This document shows, one piece after another, positions 49,532-60,013 of a stretch of DNA of 64,000 nucleotides. A program made the translations under genes and the position numbers. Each line of letters begins with the position of its first letter. Within the stretch, counting starts at the first letter, position 1. A model generated the notes under the pieces. That model was given only the letters and a program-made list of their open reading frames with translations. It was not told where the DNA came from and searched no databases. This DNA comes from an uncultured Verrucomicrobiae bacterium (lineage in GTDB: Bacteria > Verrucomicrobiota > Verrucomicrobiia > Chthoniobacterales > UBA10450), in the NCBI GenBank assembly GCA_963735805.1, contig CAVTMK010000002.1:1568001-1632000 (forward strand), in the 5' to 3' direction.

Positions 49532-51505
49532 ATGTCCATTGATGCGGAAAGCCTCAATTCGAAAATTGCACGCGCGGTTGCTGACGGAGCGCTAATGGAA
49601 TCGACCGCGAAGAATATCCGTTTGCTGCTTGGTAGCGACCGTTCACATCTCTATTTCCAGTCCATTGCGGAACTGGCCTCCAAAAATGACTGGTCGGAAC
49701 TAAACGATCGCTTTTACAGGACGCTCGCATTTGGGACAGGCGGTCTGCGCGGCCGCACCATCGGAAAAATTGTGACCGTTGCAGAACGCGGAAACGCGCC
49801 CGCAGGTGAGCGACCCGAATTTCCGTGCGTCGGAACAAATGCGATGAACTTCTTCAACATCAGTCGCGCAACGCAGGGCCTCGCTGCCTATCTGCACGGT
49901 TGCAACGCGCGCGCGAACATCTCAAGCAAACCGAAACTCGTAATCGCCCATGATCCGCGATTCTTCTCCGACCAGTTCGCTCAGCTGGCCGCAAAAGTCG
50001 CGTCCGAGAACGGTTGCAATGCGTTTGTGTTTGAAGGCCCGCGTTCCGTGCCGGAACTTTCTTTTGCAGTCCGTTATCTCAGGGCGAACGCAGGCGTGGT
50101 GATCACAGCGAGCCACAATCCTCCGTACGATAACGGCTACAAAGTTTACTTCAGCGACGGCGCGCAGGTGATCGAGCCACATGCGAGTGGGATCATTGAA
50201 AAGGTGAACGCGATTTCGTCCGAATCTTACGAGTCGTTATCAATGGATCGGCAGGGAAAAATTACAATCGTGGGCAGAGAAATCGACGAAGCGTACATGC
50301 GACGACTCGAGACGCTCGTTCTGGACCCAACGGTTATTTCTGAGGCGAAATCGCTGAAGATTATCTATACACCTCTTCATGGGACCGGCACTGTGATCAT
50401 AAAACCGATGCTCAAGCGACTTGGCTTCAATTTCAAACTCGTGCCGGAACAGGACCATTTCGATGGACGATTTCCTACTGTGAAATCACCAAATCCGGAA
50501 AACGCCGAAGCGTTAACAATGGCAATCAATATGGCCGAGAACGAAGATGCCGATGTGGTGGTCGCGACCGATCCAGACTGCGACCGGGTCGGCGCGGCGA
50601 TTCGCGCCAGCGATGGAAAAATGAAATTGCTGACGGGGAATCAAATCGGGTCACTGATTGCCTGGTACCGAATCAGGACGCTCTTCGAGAAGGGCGTGCT
50701 GAATGGACAAAACGCTTCCCGTGGGGTCATCATCAAAACCTTTGTTACAACTGACCTGCAAAAAGCTATCGCAGCACATTACGGTCTGCGCTGCGTCGAG
50801 ACATTGACCGGCTTCAAATACATTGGCGCGAAGCTCGGCAAATATGAACGCGCAATTCCGGAACGGCTGCGCAAGAATTATGTCAATCTTTCCGAAGAAG
50901 AAACGCGGAAACTTCGCCTCGAACATTCTTCATTTTACGTTTTCGGCGGCGAAGAAAGTTATGGCTATAGCGGAGCGGATTTTATCCGCGACAAAGACGG
51001 GAATGGTGCGGTAATCATGTTTTGCGAAGTAGCCGCCTACGCAAAGGCGCACCGCAAAACCGTCGATCAATTACTCGATGATATTTATTCCGAGTTCGGT
51101 TATTTCACCGAGAAAACCGGTTCGCTCGTTTTCGAAGGCGCAGAAGGTGCAGCGAAAATCGCGCGTCTTATCGAGTCTTATGCCATGGATCCATTCGGAC
51201 AGGTAGTCGGCTCAAAAGTTACAAACATCAGGAATTTTGAAACTGACGAGATCAGGGATGTGGAAGGCGACCGGATTCCGAAGGAAAAAATGTTGATATT
51301 CGAGTTAGAAGATGGAACTCGCATCGCGGTGCGCCCGTCGGGAACCGAACCCAAGATTAAGTATTATCTTTTCGCGCATCGCAGGCCGGAGAACGGAAAA
51401 TTCAATCCCGCAGAGCTCGATCTGATCAAGAGACAAGTTGGAGAAAAACTCGATCGTCTTTGGGATTGGCTGCAAAAGGACGCACAGTCACGTCTGAGTA
51501 AATAG
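49532..51505 (+). CDS. Phosphoglucomutase/phosphomannomutase
   Basis: FGTGGLRG, TASHNP, DPDCDR, GEES, RPSGTEPK. Confidence 0.92.
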   Translation: MSIDAESLNSKIARAVADGALMESTAKNIRLLLGSDRSHLYFQSIAELASKNDWSELNDRFYRTLAFGTGGLRGRTIGKIVTVAERGNAPAGERPEFPCVGTNAMNFFNISRATQGLAAYLHGCNARANISSKPKLVIAHDPRFFSDQFAQLAAKVASENGCNAFVFEGPRSVPELSFAVRYLRANAGVVITASHNPPYDNGYKVYFSDGAQVIEPHASGIIEKVNAISSESYESLSMDRQGKITIVGREIDEAYMRRLETLVLDPTVISEAKSLKIIYTPLHGTGTVIIKPMLKRLGFNFKLVPEQDHFDGRFPTVKSPNPENAEALTMAINMAENEDADVVVATDPDCDRVGAAIRASDGKMKLLTGNQIGSLIAWYRIRTLFEKGVLNGQNASRGVIIKTFVTTDLQKAIAAHYGLRCVETLTGFKYIGAKLGKYERAIPERLRKNYVNLSEEETRKLRLEHSSFYVFGGEESYGYSGADFIRDKDGNGAVIMFCEVAAYAKAHRKTVDQLLDDIYSEFGYFTEKTGSLVFEGAEGAAKIARLIESYAMDPFGQVVGSKVTNIRNFETDEIRDVEGDRIPKEKMLIFELEDGTRIAVRPSGTEPKIKYYLFAHRRPENGKFNPAELDLIKRQVGEKLDRLWDWLQKDAQSRLSK

Positions 51506-51510
51506 TTGAC

Positions 51511-53184
51511 GTGAAACGGCTATCTAAGGTGCTGCCGGTTTGGCCGTGGCTGGCAGCAATCGCCAGCGGACTTCTCTACACGGGCTGTTTTGCTCCCTTT
51601 AATTTCACGTGGCTGTGCTGGATTGCTCTCGCGCCGCTTATCGCTGCGGTTTGGTTTTCCGGTAAGGGGTTACGTTATCGCTGGCTTCACAATCTCCTGC
51701 TCGGCTATGTCACCGGTCTGACCTTTTTCTGGACGGCTTTCTCCTGGCTCACAACCGTCACCGTTCCAGGCTGGTTTGTTCTCGCATTCTACATGGCGAT
51801 TTATTTCGCGCTTTGGGCATTGTTGTGCGGCCTGCTTCAACCACGAGAAAAAAGGAGGGAATCAGGTTCGACGAAATGGGAACGGATGCTTACTCAGGCG
51901 CACACCACCGCAGTTTCGTCGCGATCGCCGTGGACAAAATCGACCAATAATCTCCTGCTCGCCTTCCTTCTTGCTGCTGCATGGGTGACACAGGAATGGT
52001 TGCGCGGTTGGGTGTTGTCTGGTTTCGGTTGGAACGGCCTCGGCATCGCGTTACATGACACCTGGCCGCTGATCCAAATCGCGGAGTTTACCGGCGTTGC
52101 TGGATTATCGTTCATGGTCGCGTTTGCGAATGTCATCGCCGTTACAACCGTATGCCGTTTGTTTATTGAAGCGCACACACGCTCAGTGCGTCCACATTTT
52201 GATCTGACGCTCACACTGGCGGCCATCGTGGGCGTGCTTACTTTTGGAATTCGCGCCACCCAGTTTTCTCCGCCCACAAAACCGCTCCGGGTTGCTGCCG
52301 TGCAATCGAATGTGCCCCAGAGTCAAAAGTTCGACCCACAATTTATGCACAGGATCTTCGATCAATTCCGGCGGTTGAGCGAGATTGCGCTGCACTCTAA
52401 TCCGCCACCTGATTTATTGGTCTGGCCGGAAAGCTCAATGCCCGGACCGGTTCTTGCAGACCGGGAAAGTTACCAATTCGTGATGGACCTGGCCGCATCG
52501 GGCGACAGCGACATTCTTTTGGGGACGATCGACGAAGAGAATCGAGATGTTTATAATGCCGCGTTGCTTGTTTCCGATAGCGGCGAACAGGTGCAGGTTT
52601 ATCGAAAGCTGCATCTGGTTCCTTTCGGCGAATATGTTCCGGGGCGACACCGCGTGCCGCTGCTGGCCCGAATTGTCGGCGACCAGGTCCCTGGCGATTT
52701 TAAAGCGGGCAAGAACTACACGGTATTTGAACTAACAAACAGCGACGTGAAGGTGGCCCCGCTGATTTGTTTCGAAGACACAATCGGCGAATTGACCAGG
52801 CGATTCGTGCTTCCAACCGAAACTACTCCCGGTGCGAATCTGCTAGTGGACATAACAAATGACGGATGGTTTTTACATTCCGCCGGTTCGCATCAACACC
52901 TGGCTAACGCAATTTTTCGTTGCGTGGAAACACGTCGCCCGATGGTTCGTGCCGCGAACACCGGAGTCACCTGTTTTGTAAACGAATTCGGTCGCGTCAC
53001 CCAAAAATTGCAGGACGACAAGGGAAGTACATTCACAGAAGGTGTGCTCACAGGCGAGGCAGAGGTGCCCACCGAGCACGAGCTAACCTTTTATGTGCGC
53101 CATGGCGAATTGTTCGCGAAAATCTGCACAGTTGTAGGTGCGTTGGCGACGGTCTTTGCACTAGCGCGGCACAAATGGCTGTAG
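51511..53184 (+). CDS. lnt: Apolipoprotein N-acyltransferase
   Basis: WPES, KLHLVPFGEY, ICFED, TNDGWF, AANTG. Confidence 0.93.
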   Translation: MKRLSKVLPVWPWLAAIASGLLYTGCFAPFNFTWLCWIALAPLIAAVWFSGKGLRYRWLHNLLLGYVTGLTFFWTAFSWLTTVTVPGWFVLAFYMAIYFALWALLCGLLQPREKRRESGSTKWERMLTQAHTTAVSSRSPWTKSTNNLLLAFLLAAAWVTQEWLRGWVLSGFGWNGLGIALHDTWPLIQIAEFTGVAGLSFMVAFANVIAVTTVCRLFIEAHTRSVRPHFDLTLTLAAIVGVLTFGIRATQFSPPTKPLRVAAVQSNVPQSQKFDPQFMHRIFDQFRRLSEIALHSNPPPDLLVWPESSMPGPVLADRESYQFVMDLAASGDSDILLGTIDEENRDVYNAALLVSDSGEQVQVYRKLHLVPFGEYVPGRHRVPLLARIVGDQVPGDFKAGKNYTVFELTNSDVKVAPLICFEDTIGELTRRFVLPTETTPGANLLVDITNDGWFLHSAGSHQHLANAIFRCVETRRPMVRAANTGVTCFVNEFGRVTQKLQDDKGSTFTEGVLTGEAEVPTEHELTFYVRHGELFAKICTVVGALATVFALARHKWL

Positions 53185-53239
53185 AAACGCGAGAATAAAG
53201 CTGAAAAACTGACGCCGTTGATTCACGATCTGATGCGAC

Positions 53240-54331
53240 ATGGCTGTACATCTGCCACTCGATCACCTGAGCGAGCTTTGGCCGGCAAAATTTCGCGGTG
53301 CACGTATCGGCGCGTTGCTTCATCCCGCATCGATCTCTGCAAAGCTCGAACATGCGTCACGGATTCTGGAGCGACTCCACCATGTTGATCTTTTTCGTCT
53401 ATCGGCGCTTTTTGGACCACAACATGGGTTTCTCGGCCAGACGCAGGACAACATGGTAGAATGGAAAAGCTACCAGCATCCGCGTCTTCACGTTCCGGTT
53501 TACAGTCTTTACGGCGAACATCGCGAGCCGACTCCGGAGATGCTGCAAGATCTCGATGTTTTGCTTGTTGATCTTCAGGATGTCGGAGCGCGCTATTATA
53601 CTTTCATTTGGACGGTGTATCTCTGCATGCGTGCCTGCGAAAAAACGGACATCGAAATCGTCGTTCTCGATCGGCCGAATCCGATTAATGGTGTGACGAG
53701 TGAGGGGCCACTGCTCGACCCTAATTACAAATCGTTCGTTGGTCTTCACCCGATTCCGGTGCGACATGGAAAAACAATCGGCGAACTGGCAAAACAGTTT
53801 CGAGACGAGGCTTTTCCCGGATGTCGATTGTCGCTCTTGCCGATGAAAAACTGGGAACGTGGGATGTGGTTCGACCAAACCGGTCTGCCCTGGGTGATGC
53901 CTTCTCCCAACATGCCGGCGCTCGAAACTGCGATCGTTTACCCTGGGATGTGTCTCCTGGAAGGGACAAATATCTCGGAAGGCCGCGGCACAACGCGCCC
54001 ATTCGAGATTTTCGGCGCGCCGTTTATTGAAGCCGAAACACTCTGCCACGAGCTCAACTCGTTAGGATTACCCGGCGTCTTCTTCCGCGAAGATTATTTT
54101 CAGCCGACCTTTCACAAGTTCGCGGGTGAACTTTGTAACGGTGCGCAGTTACACGTTATCGATCGAAATGTGTTTCAAGCGTTTCAAACAGGCGTTGAAA
54201 TCATTCGCACGCTTCGAAAATTGTATCCGAAGCAATTCGCATGGAAACAACCACCGTACGAATACGAATGGAAACGACTTCCCATGGAAGTTTTAATCGG
54301 CGGGCCGATCGAATCGCTTTTCGGCGCCTGA
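53240..54331 (+). CDS. DUF1343 / NamZ exo-beta-N-acetylmuramidase family
   Basis: DLQDVGARYYT, LDRPNP, PSPNMP, SEGRGT. Confidence 0.85.
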   Translation: MAVHLPLDHLSELWPAKFRGARIGALLHPASISAKLEHASRILERLHHVDLFRLSALFGPQHGFLGQTQDNMVEWKSYQHPRLHVPVYSLYGEHREPTPEMLQDLDVLLVDLQDVGARYYTFIWTVYLCMRACEKTDIEIVVLDRPNPINGVTSEGPLLDPNYKSFVGLHPIPVRHGKTIGELAKQFRDEAFPGCRLSLLPMKNWERGMWFDQTGLPWVMPSPNMPALETAIVYPGMCLLEGTNISEGRGTTRPFEIFGAPFIEAETLCHELNSLGLPGVFFREDYFQPTFHKFAGELCNGAQLHVIDRNVFQAFQTGVEIIRTLRKLYPKQFAWKQPPYEYEWKRLPMEVLIGGPIESLFGA

Positions 54332-54975
54332 TCACCTGGCTGGCGGCTTTTAGCATTCTCGCTTGTGCGGAAGTCCGAGCGGACATCCCGTGGCCTGAAG
54401 TTGTCCAAAGGCTCGCCTATGAGAACGAAAAACTGGCGCGGCGTCCTCAGGGACATAACGGCGAGTACTTCGTAGTCTGCACACTTTATTTCACACCGAA
54501 AGAATCCGGCTTCACTTTCGAACGCGGTTTCGATGCGACGCCAGTCACAAAACCCGGATTGCATGGACGAAAATATCCCCGCGACTTTCTGCGGTCGGTG
54601 AAGAAAGAAGGCTTCGGTAGAATCGTTACACCGGTAAACGGACGCGACTACATTCGTTACAATGGGGGTTCATATGCATTTGCTTCGAATCCCACTGGCG
54701 GAGGCGGCGTTTTGGTTCCACGCTTTTCTGCTGCGATGAAGTTCACGCAAGCTAGTTTGCAGCACGGGGCGATTATCGAGACTGAGTCGCCGGATCTGCA
54801 CAAGGTATTTCGCAGCAATCGATGGAAAATTATGGACACTGGCGGTGGTTTGCGCCGATGGCAGATCGACTGCTATTACGGAGAAGATGAGCCGCTTGGA
54901 CCGGGCAAATTCATGGGCCGGCCGCGGGCAACTACCTTCGAGTACGCTTACGCCAAAGCGCGAATCACAAATTGA
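54241..54975 (+). CDS. Exported protein with a 3D/MltA-like C-terminus; true start probably near 54300-54330
   Basis: Signal-like LITWLAAFSILACAEVRA; MDTGGG...IDCYYG. Confidence 0.6.
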   Translation: METTTVRIRMETTSHGSFNRRADRIAFRRLITWLAAFSILACAEVRADIPWPEVVQRLAYENEKLARRPQGHNGEYFVVCTLYFTPKESGFTFERGFDATPVTKPGLHGRKYPRDFLRSVKKEGFGRIVTPVNGRDYIRYNGGSYAFASNPTGGGGVLVPRFSAAMKFTQASLQHGAIIETESPDLHKVFRSNRWKIMDTGGGLRRWQIDCYYGEDEPLGPGKFMGRPRATTFEYAYAKARITN

Positions 54976-54976
54976 C

Positions 54977-55726
54977 ATGAAGCCGTTTACGGTTCGGCTC
55001 AATTTGCACGGAGACCTGGATTTTTTCGTGCGATCAGGAGCGCGTGGCCGAAGCATCGAACGCAGCCTGGGCGAAAAGACGTCGGTAAAAGATGTTTTCG
55101 AAGGGTGCGGCGTTCCGCACCCGGAAGTCGATTTGATCCTGCTTAACGGGCAACCGGTCGATTTTGACTACGTAACCGGCAATGATGCGATTGTCGAGCT
55201 TTATCCAGTGAAAACAGCTCCTCCGAACTTTAAGGACAAACGCTTACAAATTAGTAGCACTAAAAGATTTATCTTGGATGGACATCTCGGGAAACTGGCC
55301 CGGGATTTGCGCTTGCTCGGGTTTGACGTCGCCTACGATGCTCGAGCGGAAGATCGCCAATTGATCGACATAATGGAACGCGAAAACCGTGCGCTGCTCA
55401 CACGCGACCGGCGTTTGCTCATGCACCGGGTGGTAAAGGCCGGTTACTGCCCGCGGTCACAGAATGTTGACGAACAAACCGTCGAAGTGATCCGTCGTTT
55501 TGATCTTCTTGGTTCCATCGCCCCCTTCACGCGGTGCCTTCGCTGCAACGCGCCGCTGCGAAAGGTTTCCAAGGCTGACGTAATTGAGAACCTCGAACCG
55601 CTCACGAAAATCTATTACGAACAATTTCGGCGTTGCGCTGGCTGTGGGCAGATTTATTGGTCTGGGTCCCACTTCTCAAAACTCCAAAGTCGCCTTGAGA
55701 CACTCTGCGCGAATTGTTCTAGTTGA
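54977..55726 (+). CDS. Mut7-C RNase domain protein with an N-terminal ubiquitin-like domain
   Basis: SVKD..GVPHPEVD; DGHLGKLARDLRLLGFD, LLTRD, RCLRCN, CAGCGQIYW.GSH. Confidence 0.88.
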   Translation: MKPFTVRLNLHGDLDFFVRSGARGRSIERSLGEKTSVKDVFEGCGVPHPEVDLILLNGQPVDFDYVTGNDAIVELYPVKTAPPNFKDKRLQISSTKRFILDGHLGKLARDLRLLGFDVAYDARAEDRQLIDIMERENRALLTRDRRLLMHRVVKAGYCPRSQNVDEQTVEVIRRFDLLGSIAPFTRCLRCNAPLRKVSKADVIENLEPLTKIYYEQFRRCAGCGQIYWSGSHFSKLQSRLETLCANCSS

Positions 55727-55791
55727 GTCAATGCAGTGGCAGACCTGTTGTAGTCAGAATCGGATTCAATCGTATCGTCGGCAATTCTGAG

Positions 55792-56907
55792 ATGAAATCT
55801 GCATCGTGCCGCGCCGTATGCGTGGCGCTCTTCACACTTCAATTTTCAATCGCAGCACAAGCTTACAGCCCGCTTGGCCATGAGATCGTGGGCGCGATCG
55901 CGGACGAGCGATTGGCAAATACGCCCACCGCTACAAAGATCCACGCGCTTCTGGGTCCGCTTACATTGGAAAAAGCCGCCGGCATTGCTGACGTTATCAG
56001 AGGCTGGGACAAAAACGGCGTTGACGATACGCGGTCATTCCATATTTCAGGACCTCGCTACATCGACAGGCAGTTGCGCGATTTCTGGAGAGCAAACCCG
56101 CCAACTAGCGTAAATCCTGATACGCCTTCACATCATTGGTTCCACTATACCGATGTTCCGGTGGTGCCGGTGCAAAGGTACCGCGACGGCTTGGTCGGCC
56201 GCAGCAAATGGGACATCGTACATATGATTCCGTTCTGCGTTCAGGTCTTGGAGGGACAGGTGCCCGAACAAAATGAGCGGAAAATTACGAAGCCGGTGGC
56301 GCTTATTTTGCTCGCTCATTACGTCGGCGACATTCATCAGCCTCTTCACGTAGGCGCGGAATATTTCGACCGACAGGGCAGAACCGTAGATCCGGCTAGA
56401 GACAGGTCGGCGCTTGGAGATGAAGGCGGAAACACGTTTACCCTTGTGCTAAGCGATGAAGCACCGCGCAGGCGCGGAATTCATAAGAAAAAACTCCACG
56501 GCTTTTGGGATTACGATACCGTCAATGCGCTGTTTACTACCGTGCCGGGCACACTGCGCAAAAAGGAATTCTTAGCGGGAATTGAACCGATCAAGAGAGA
56601 ACTGGTTCATGAAATGGCTTCCCATGAACCAAACAACTGGCGGATGCCGGCGAACTTTAACATCAATAACTATGCGGAAGCGTGGGCTGACGAAATTCTG
56701 CCAGTTGCTCGCGAGGCACATGCGCGACTGGAATTCACAAAGGTACACCCGCAGACACACGAAGGCAGCGTCGTTGCAACCGGCGAAGCAGTCGAACAAC
56801 CCAACGCGGCTCACGGTCTTTATCGCGCTTGGTCAACTAGTGTAGTGCGCGACGAACTGCATAAAGCTGGTTGGCGTCTTGCCGATTTGCTGGAGAAAAT
56901 TCTGTAG
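55792..56907 (+). CDS. S1/P1 nuclease family protein
   Basis: Signal peptide, [25 protein letters not shown]. Confidence 0.85.
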   Translation: MKSASCRAVCVALFTLQFSIAAQAYSPLGHEIVGAIADERLANTPTATKIHALLGPLTLEKAAGIADVIRGWDKNGVDDTRSFHISGPRYIDRQLRDFWRANPPTSVNPDTPSHHWFHYTDVPVVPVQRYRDGLVGRSKWDIVHMIPFCVQVLEGQVPEQNERKITKPVALILLAHYVGDIHQPLHVGAEYFDRQGRTVDPARDRSALGDEGGNTFTLVLSDEAPRRRGIHKKKLHGFWDYDTVNALFTTVPGTLRKKEFLAGIEPIKRELVHEMASHEPNNWRMPANFNINNYAEAWADEILPVAREAHARLEFTKVHPQTHEGSVVATGEAVEQPNAAHGLYRAWSTSVVRDELHKAGWRLADLLEKIL

Positions 56908-56915
56908 CTAAAAAA

Positions 56916-57365
56916 ATGCGAGCCGTTGTCCAGCGTGTAAGCCGCGCACGTGTAACCGTCCAGAACAGCATGACAGGAGAAATCGCGACGGGTTTTGTGA
57001 TTTTGCTCGGCATCGGACGCAACGACACGCCCGCTGTAGCTGTCCACTTGGCCGAGAAGATCGCAAACCTGAGAATTTTTGAGGACGACCAGGGTAAAAT
57101 GAATCGCTCCCTCCTGGACGCGGCAGGTAGCGCGCTGGTTGTCTCGCAGTTTACGCTTTATGGTGACGCGCGCGGTCAACGAAGGCCCAGCTTTATTGCT
57201 GCAGCGCCACCGGAACAAGCAAAGACGCTCTACGAAGAATTCAACGAAGCGCTGCGGAGTTTGGGCGTCACCGTCGCGACAGGAGTTTTCCAAGCGATGA
57301 TGTCGGTCGAATTGGTTAATGAAGGTCCCGTCACAATTCTCCTCGATTCCGACAAAACATTCTAG
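56916..57365 (+). CDS. dtd: D-aminoacyl-tRNA deacylase
   Basis: [19 protein letters not shown]. Confidence 0.95.
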   Translation: MRAVVQRVSRARVTVQNSMTGEIATGFVILLGIGRNDTPAVAVHLAEKIANLRIFEDDQGKMNRSLLDAAGSALVVSQFTLYGDARGQRRPSFIAAAPPEQAKTLYEEFNEALRSLGVTVATGVFQAMMSVELVNEGPVTILLDSDKTF

Positions 57366-57480
57366 ACAGTAGCGATTCCGCATAACTCCCGCGAAAATTT
57401 CACTTTCCCGTCGTTAATAGATTCCAGTCGCGTCAAATTACGTTGATTGCAGCCAGCACGGCTGACTCTACAGTGAGCCA

Positions 57481-58443
57481 ATGATTCTCGAACCGGTTCG
57501 CCCGATCAAGTTCTCAGAAATACAAGACGCTCGGAAACGAATTGCCCGAACGATTATTCGCACGCCTCTCGTCCGCCTCGATCTCGGCCCGGATTTTCCC
57601 GATATTCGACTCAAGCTGGAGAACCTGCAGCCGATTAATGCCTACAAGTTACGCGGCGCAGCTAATGCAGTCGCATTGCTCTCAGATTCAGAGCGGAAAC
57701 GCGGCGTGTGGACGATTAGTGCGGGAAACGCAGGTCAGGGGGTTGCCTACGCGGCACGACAGGCAGGAGTGCCGTGTGCAGTTGTGGTAATTGAAACCGC
57801 GCCAAAGGCGAAGCTGGAGCGGATGCGTGCGCTCGGCGCAAAACTCATTCCGGTATCGTACGACGTTGCATGGAAAACGCTCGATGAGCGCTCATTTCCC
57901 GGTGCCGACGGAACATTCATTCATCCGTTCGACGACGACAATTTCATCGCCGGCCACGGAACAATGGGGCTCGAAATTCTGGAGGACGCTCCGGACACCG
58001 CGGCTGTCATTGCCAGCATCGGCGGAGGCGGACTCATCACCGGTGTGGGGACTGCAATCAAAACACTCAAACCGGAGATCAAAATCTTTGGTGTTGAACC
58101 GGAGACAGCCGCACCCGCGGCGCTTTCGTTCCAGAAAGGCGCGCCTCAGGTATTCCCAAACTGGCAAGCGTCATTTGTCGATGGCGCTGGCGGCCAAAGC
58201 ATGTTTCCTCGCATGTGGCAGCGAATGAAGCCAATCGTCGATGATTGCATCGCAGTCACCCTGGAGGAAACGAAGAAAGCGATGCGGCTCATGGCGGAAA
58301 AGACGCGAGTGATTTCCGAGGGCGCAGGCGCGCTGCCACTAGCTGCAGCTTTGACGGGAAAACTTGGCAAAGGGCCGATCGTCGCAATTGTTTCAGGCGG
58401 TAACATCGATCTGAATAAGTTCTGCGAGCTGATCGCAGACTAG
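57481..58443 (+). CDS. Threonine/serine dehydratase family PLP enzyme
   Basis: KLENLQ..AYKLRG, SAGN, GGGGL, SGGNID. Confidence 0.88.
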   Translation: MILEPVRPIKFSEIQDARKRIARTIIRTPLVRLDLGPDFPDIRLKLENLQPINAYKLRGAANAVALLSDSERKRGVWTISAGNAGQGVAYAARQAGVPCAVVVIETAPKAKLERMRALGAKLIPVSYDVAWKTLDERSFPGADGTFIHPFDDDNFIAGHGTMGLEILEDAPDTAAVIASIGGGGLITGVGTAIKTLKPEIKIFGVEPETAAPAALSFQKGAPQVFPNWQASFVDGAGGQSMFPRMWQRMKPIVDDCIAVTLEETKKAMRLMAEKTRVISEGAGALPLAAALTGKLGKGPIVAIVSGGNIDLNKFCELIAD

Positions 58444-58528
58444 GAAAGTCGTACCGCCATACCTGTATTGACTTTCGCCTCGAAACTTGAGAAAGCCTTT
58501 CCCGTAGTACAGCAAAGAAGGAAAACAT

Positions 58529-59182
58529 ATGAAAATTGGCGATACAGCACCGGACTTTGAAGCAGAAACCACCGAGGGCCGCATACGTTTCCACGATTGG
58601 ATCGGTAACTCGTGGGCAATCCTTTTCTCGCACCCGAAGGATTTCACTCCGGTCTGCACGACCGAGCTCGGTTACATGGCTAAAATTAAACCGGAGTTCG
58701 ATCGCAGAAATGTGAAGGTAATGGGTTTGTCGGTCGATTCAGCTGGCGATCATAAAGGTTGGGCAAAGGACATCGAAGAAACGCAGGGACACGCGCCGAA
58801 CTTTCCGATCGTCGGTGACGCCGACTTCAAGATCTCAAAATTGTACGGGATGCTCCCGGCTGATGTCGAAGGCGACCCGAAGAAGCGCACACCTGCCGAT
58901 AACGCCACCGTGCGCAATGTTTACGTCGTCGGTCCGGACAAAAAAATTAAGCTGATCCTGATTTACCCCATGACAACAGGCCGCAACTTCGACGAAGTGT
59001 TGCGAGTAATCGACTCGTTGCAATTGACCTCGAAGCACCAGGTGGCTACACCTGTTAACTGGAAGCTAGGGGACGATGTGATTATTGCGGGTTCTGTATC
59101 AGACGAAGAAGCGAAGAAACGTTATCCGCAAGGGTGGAAAGCGCCGAAGCCATATCTCCGCATCGTGCCGCAGCCGCAATAA
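58529..59182 (+). CDS. 1-Cys peroxiredoxin (Prx6)
   Basis: FTPVCTTE, YPMTTGRNFDE. Confidence 0.93.
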   Translation: MKIGDTAPDFEAETTEGRIRFHDWIGNSWAILFSHPKDFTPVCTTELGYMAKIKPEFDRRNVKVMGLSVDSAGDHKGWAKDIEETQGHAPNFPIVGDADFKISKLYGMLPADVEGDPKKRTPADNATVRNVYVVGPDKKIKLILIYPMTTGRNFDEVLRVIDSLQLTSKHQVATPVNWKLGDDVIIAGSVSDEEAKKRYPQGWKAPKPYLRIVPQPQ

Positions 59183-59184
59183 TT

Positions 59185-59206
59185 GTAGGGCGTTTCTATG
59201 AAACGC
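59185..59206 (+). repeat. GTAG-type REP palindrome
   Basis: GTAG G gcgtttc tat gaaacgc between convergent genes. Confidence 0.55.
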
Positions 59207-59208
59207 AG

Positions 59209-59991
59209 CTATCGCTCAGCAGAATAGTTCACCGGATCCTGCTGAAAATAGTTTTGCAATTCTGCGTACAGCTTTGGATGACGAGCGCGCAACGCACGCG
59301 GCTGCTCAAAGAACGCCTCGACTGACACGGCAAAAAACTCAACAGGATTGGTCGCTCCATAAGTATTGAGTAACGTCGGTATTCCGCTCTCATCTGCAGC
59401 GCGCAGCGACGCAAACTCGGCTCTCATAACCTCGCTCCAAACCAATTGTTGTTCCCGCGTTGCCAACTCCGGGACCCCGTCAGCTGCGTGATTTTCATAA
59501 TCGAGTTGGTGAGCAAATTCATGAAGAACAACGTTTTTTCCGTCGGAGGGATCGGCCGCGCCATGTTTGACGGCCCCCCAGGAAAGGACCAACGAACCCA
59601 TTCTGCGACCGGTCTCGCCAAGACGACTCACGGTTCCCTCTTCCCAGACATGCTCACCGATCTGCCGTTTGTCTTCCACCATGTACGTCAGTGGATAAAC
59701 AAGAATCGTGAGCAGACCGGGGAAATAGTCCGTTCTGCGATGCAATAATAAAAGACAAGCTTGCGTCGCAATCGTGACACGGACTTCATCCGTGATGGTG
59801 AAACCGCCACATCCCTCGAAACGTTTCTCAGCAAGAAATACCTGGATGTGACCAAGTAGTTCAGCACGGTCACCGGCAGATAGCTTTTGAAAAAATACAA
59901 CATGACGCTGAATCAACGTCAGCCATTCCTTCGGAAATTGCCGAGTTCGCAGGCGACGCCGCCTTCGCTGCTTTAGGAATGCCAAAATCAC
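59209..59991 (-). CDS. MtfA / M90 family zinc peptidase
   Basis: NVVLHEFAHQLD, YGATNPVEFFAV..EAFF. Confidence 0.88.
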   Translation of the reverse strand: MILAFLKQRRRRRLRTRQFPKEWLTLIQRHVVFFQKLSAGDRAELLGHIQVFLAEKRFEGCGGFTITDEVRVTIATQACLLLLHRRTDYFPGLLTILVYPLTYMVEDKRQIGEHVWEEGTVSRLGETGRRMGSLVLSWGAVKHGAADPSDGKNVVLHEFAHQLDYENHAADGVPELATREQQLVWSEVMRAEFASLRAADESGIPTLLNTYGATNPVEFFAVSVEAFFEQPRALRARHPKLYAELQNYFQQDPVNYSAER

Positions 59992-60013
59992 AGGGAAATG
60001 TAAGGAGAACGTT

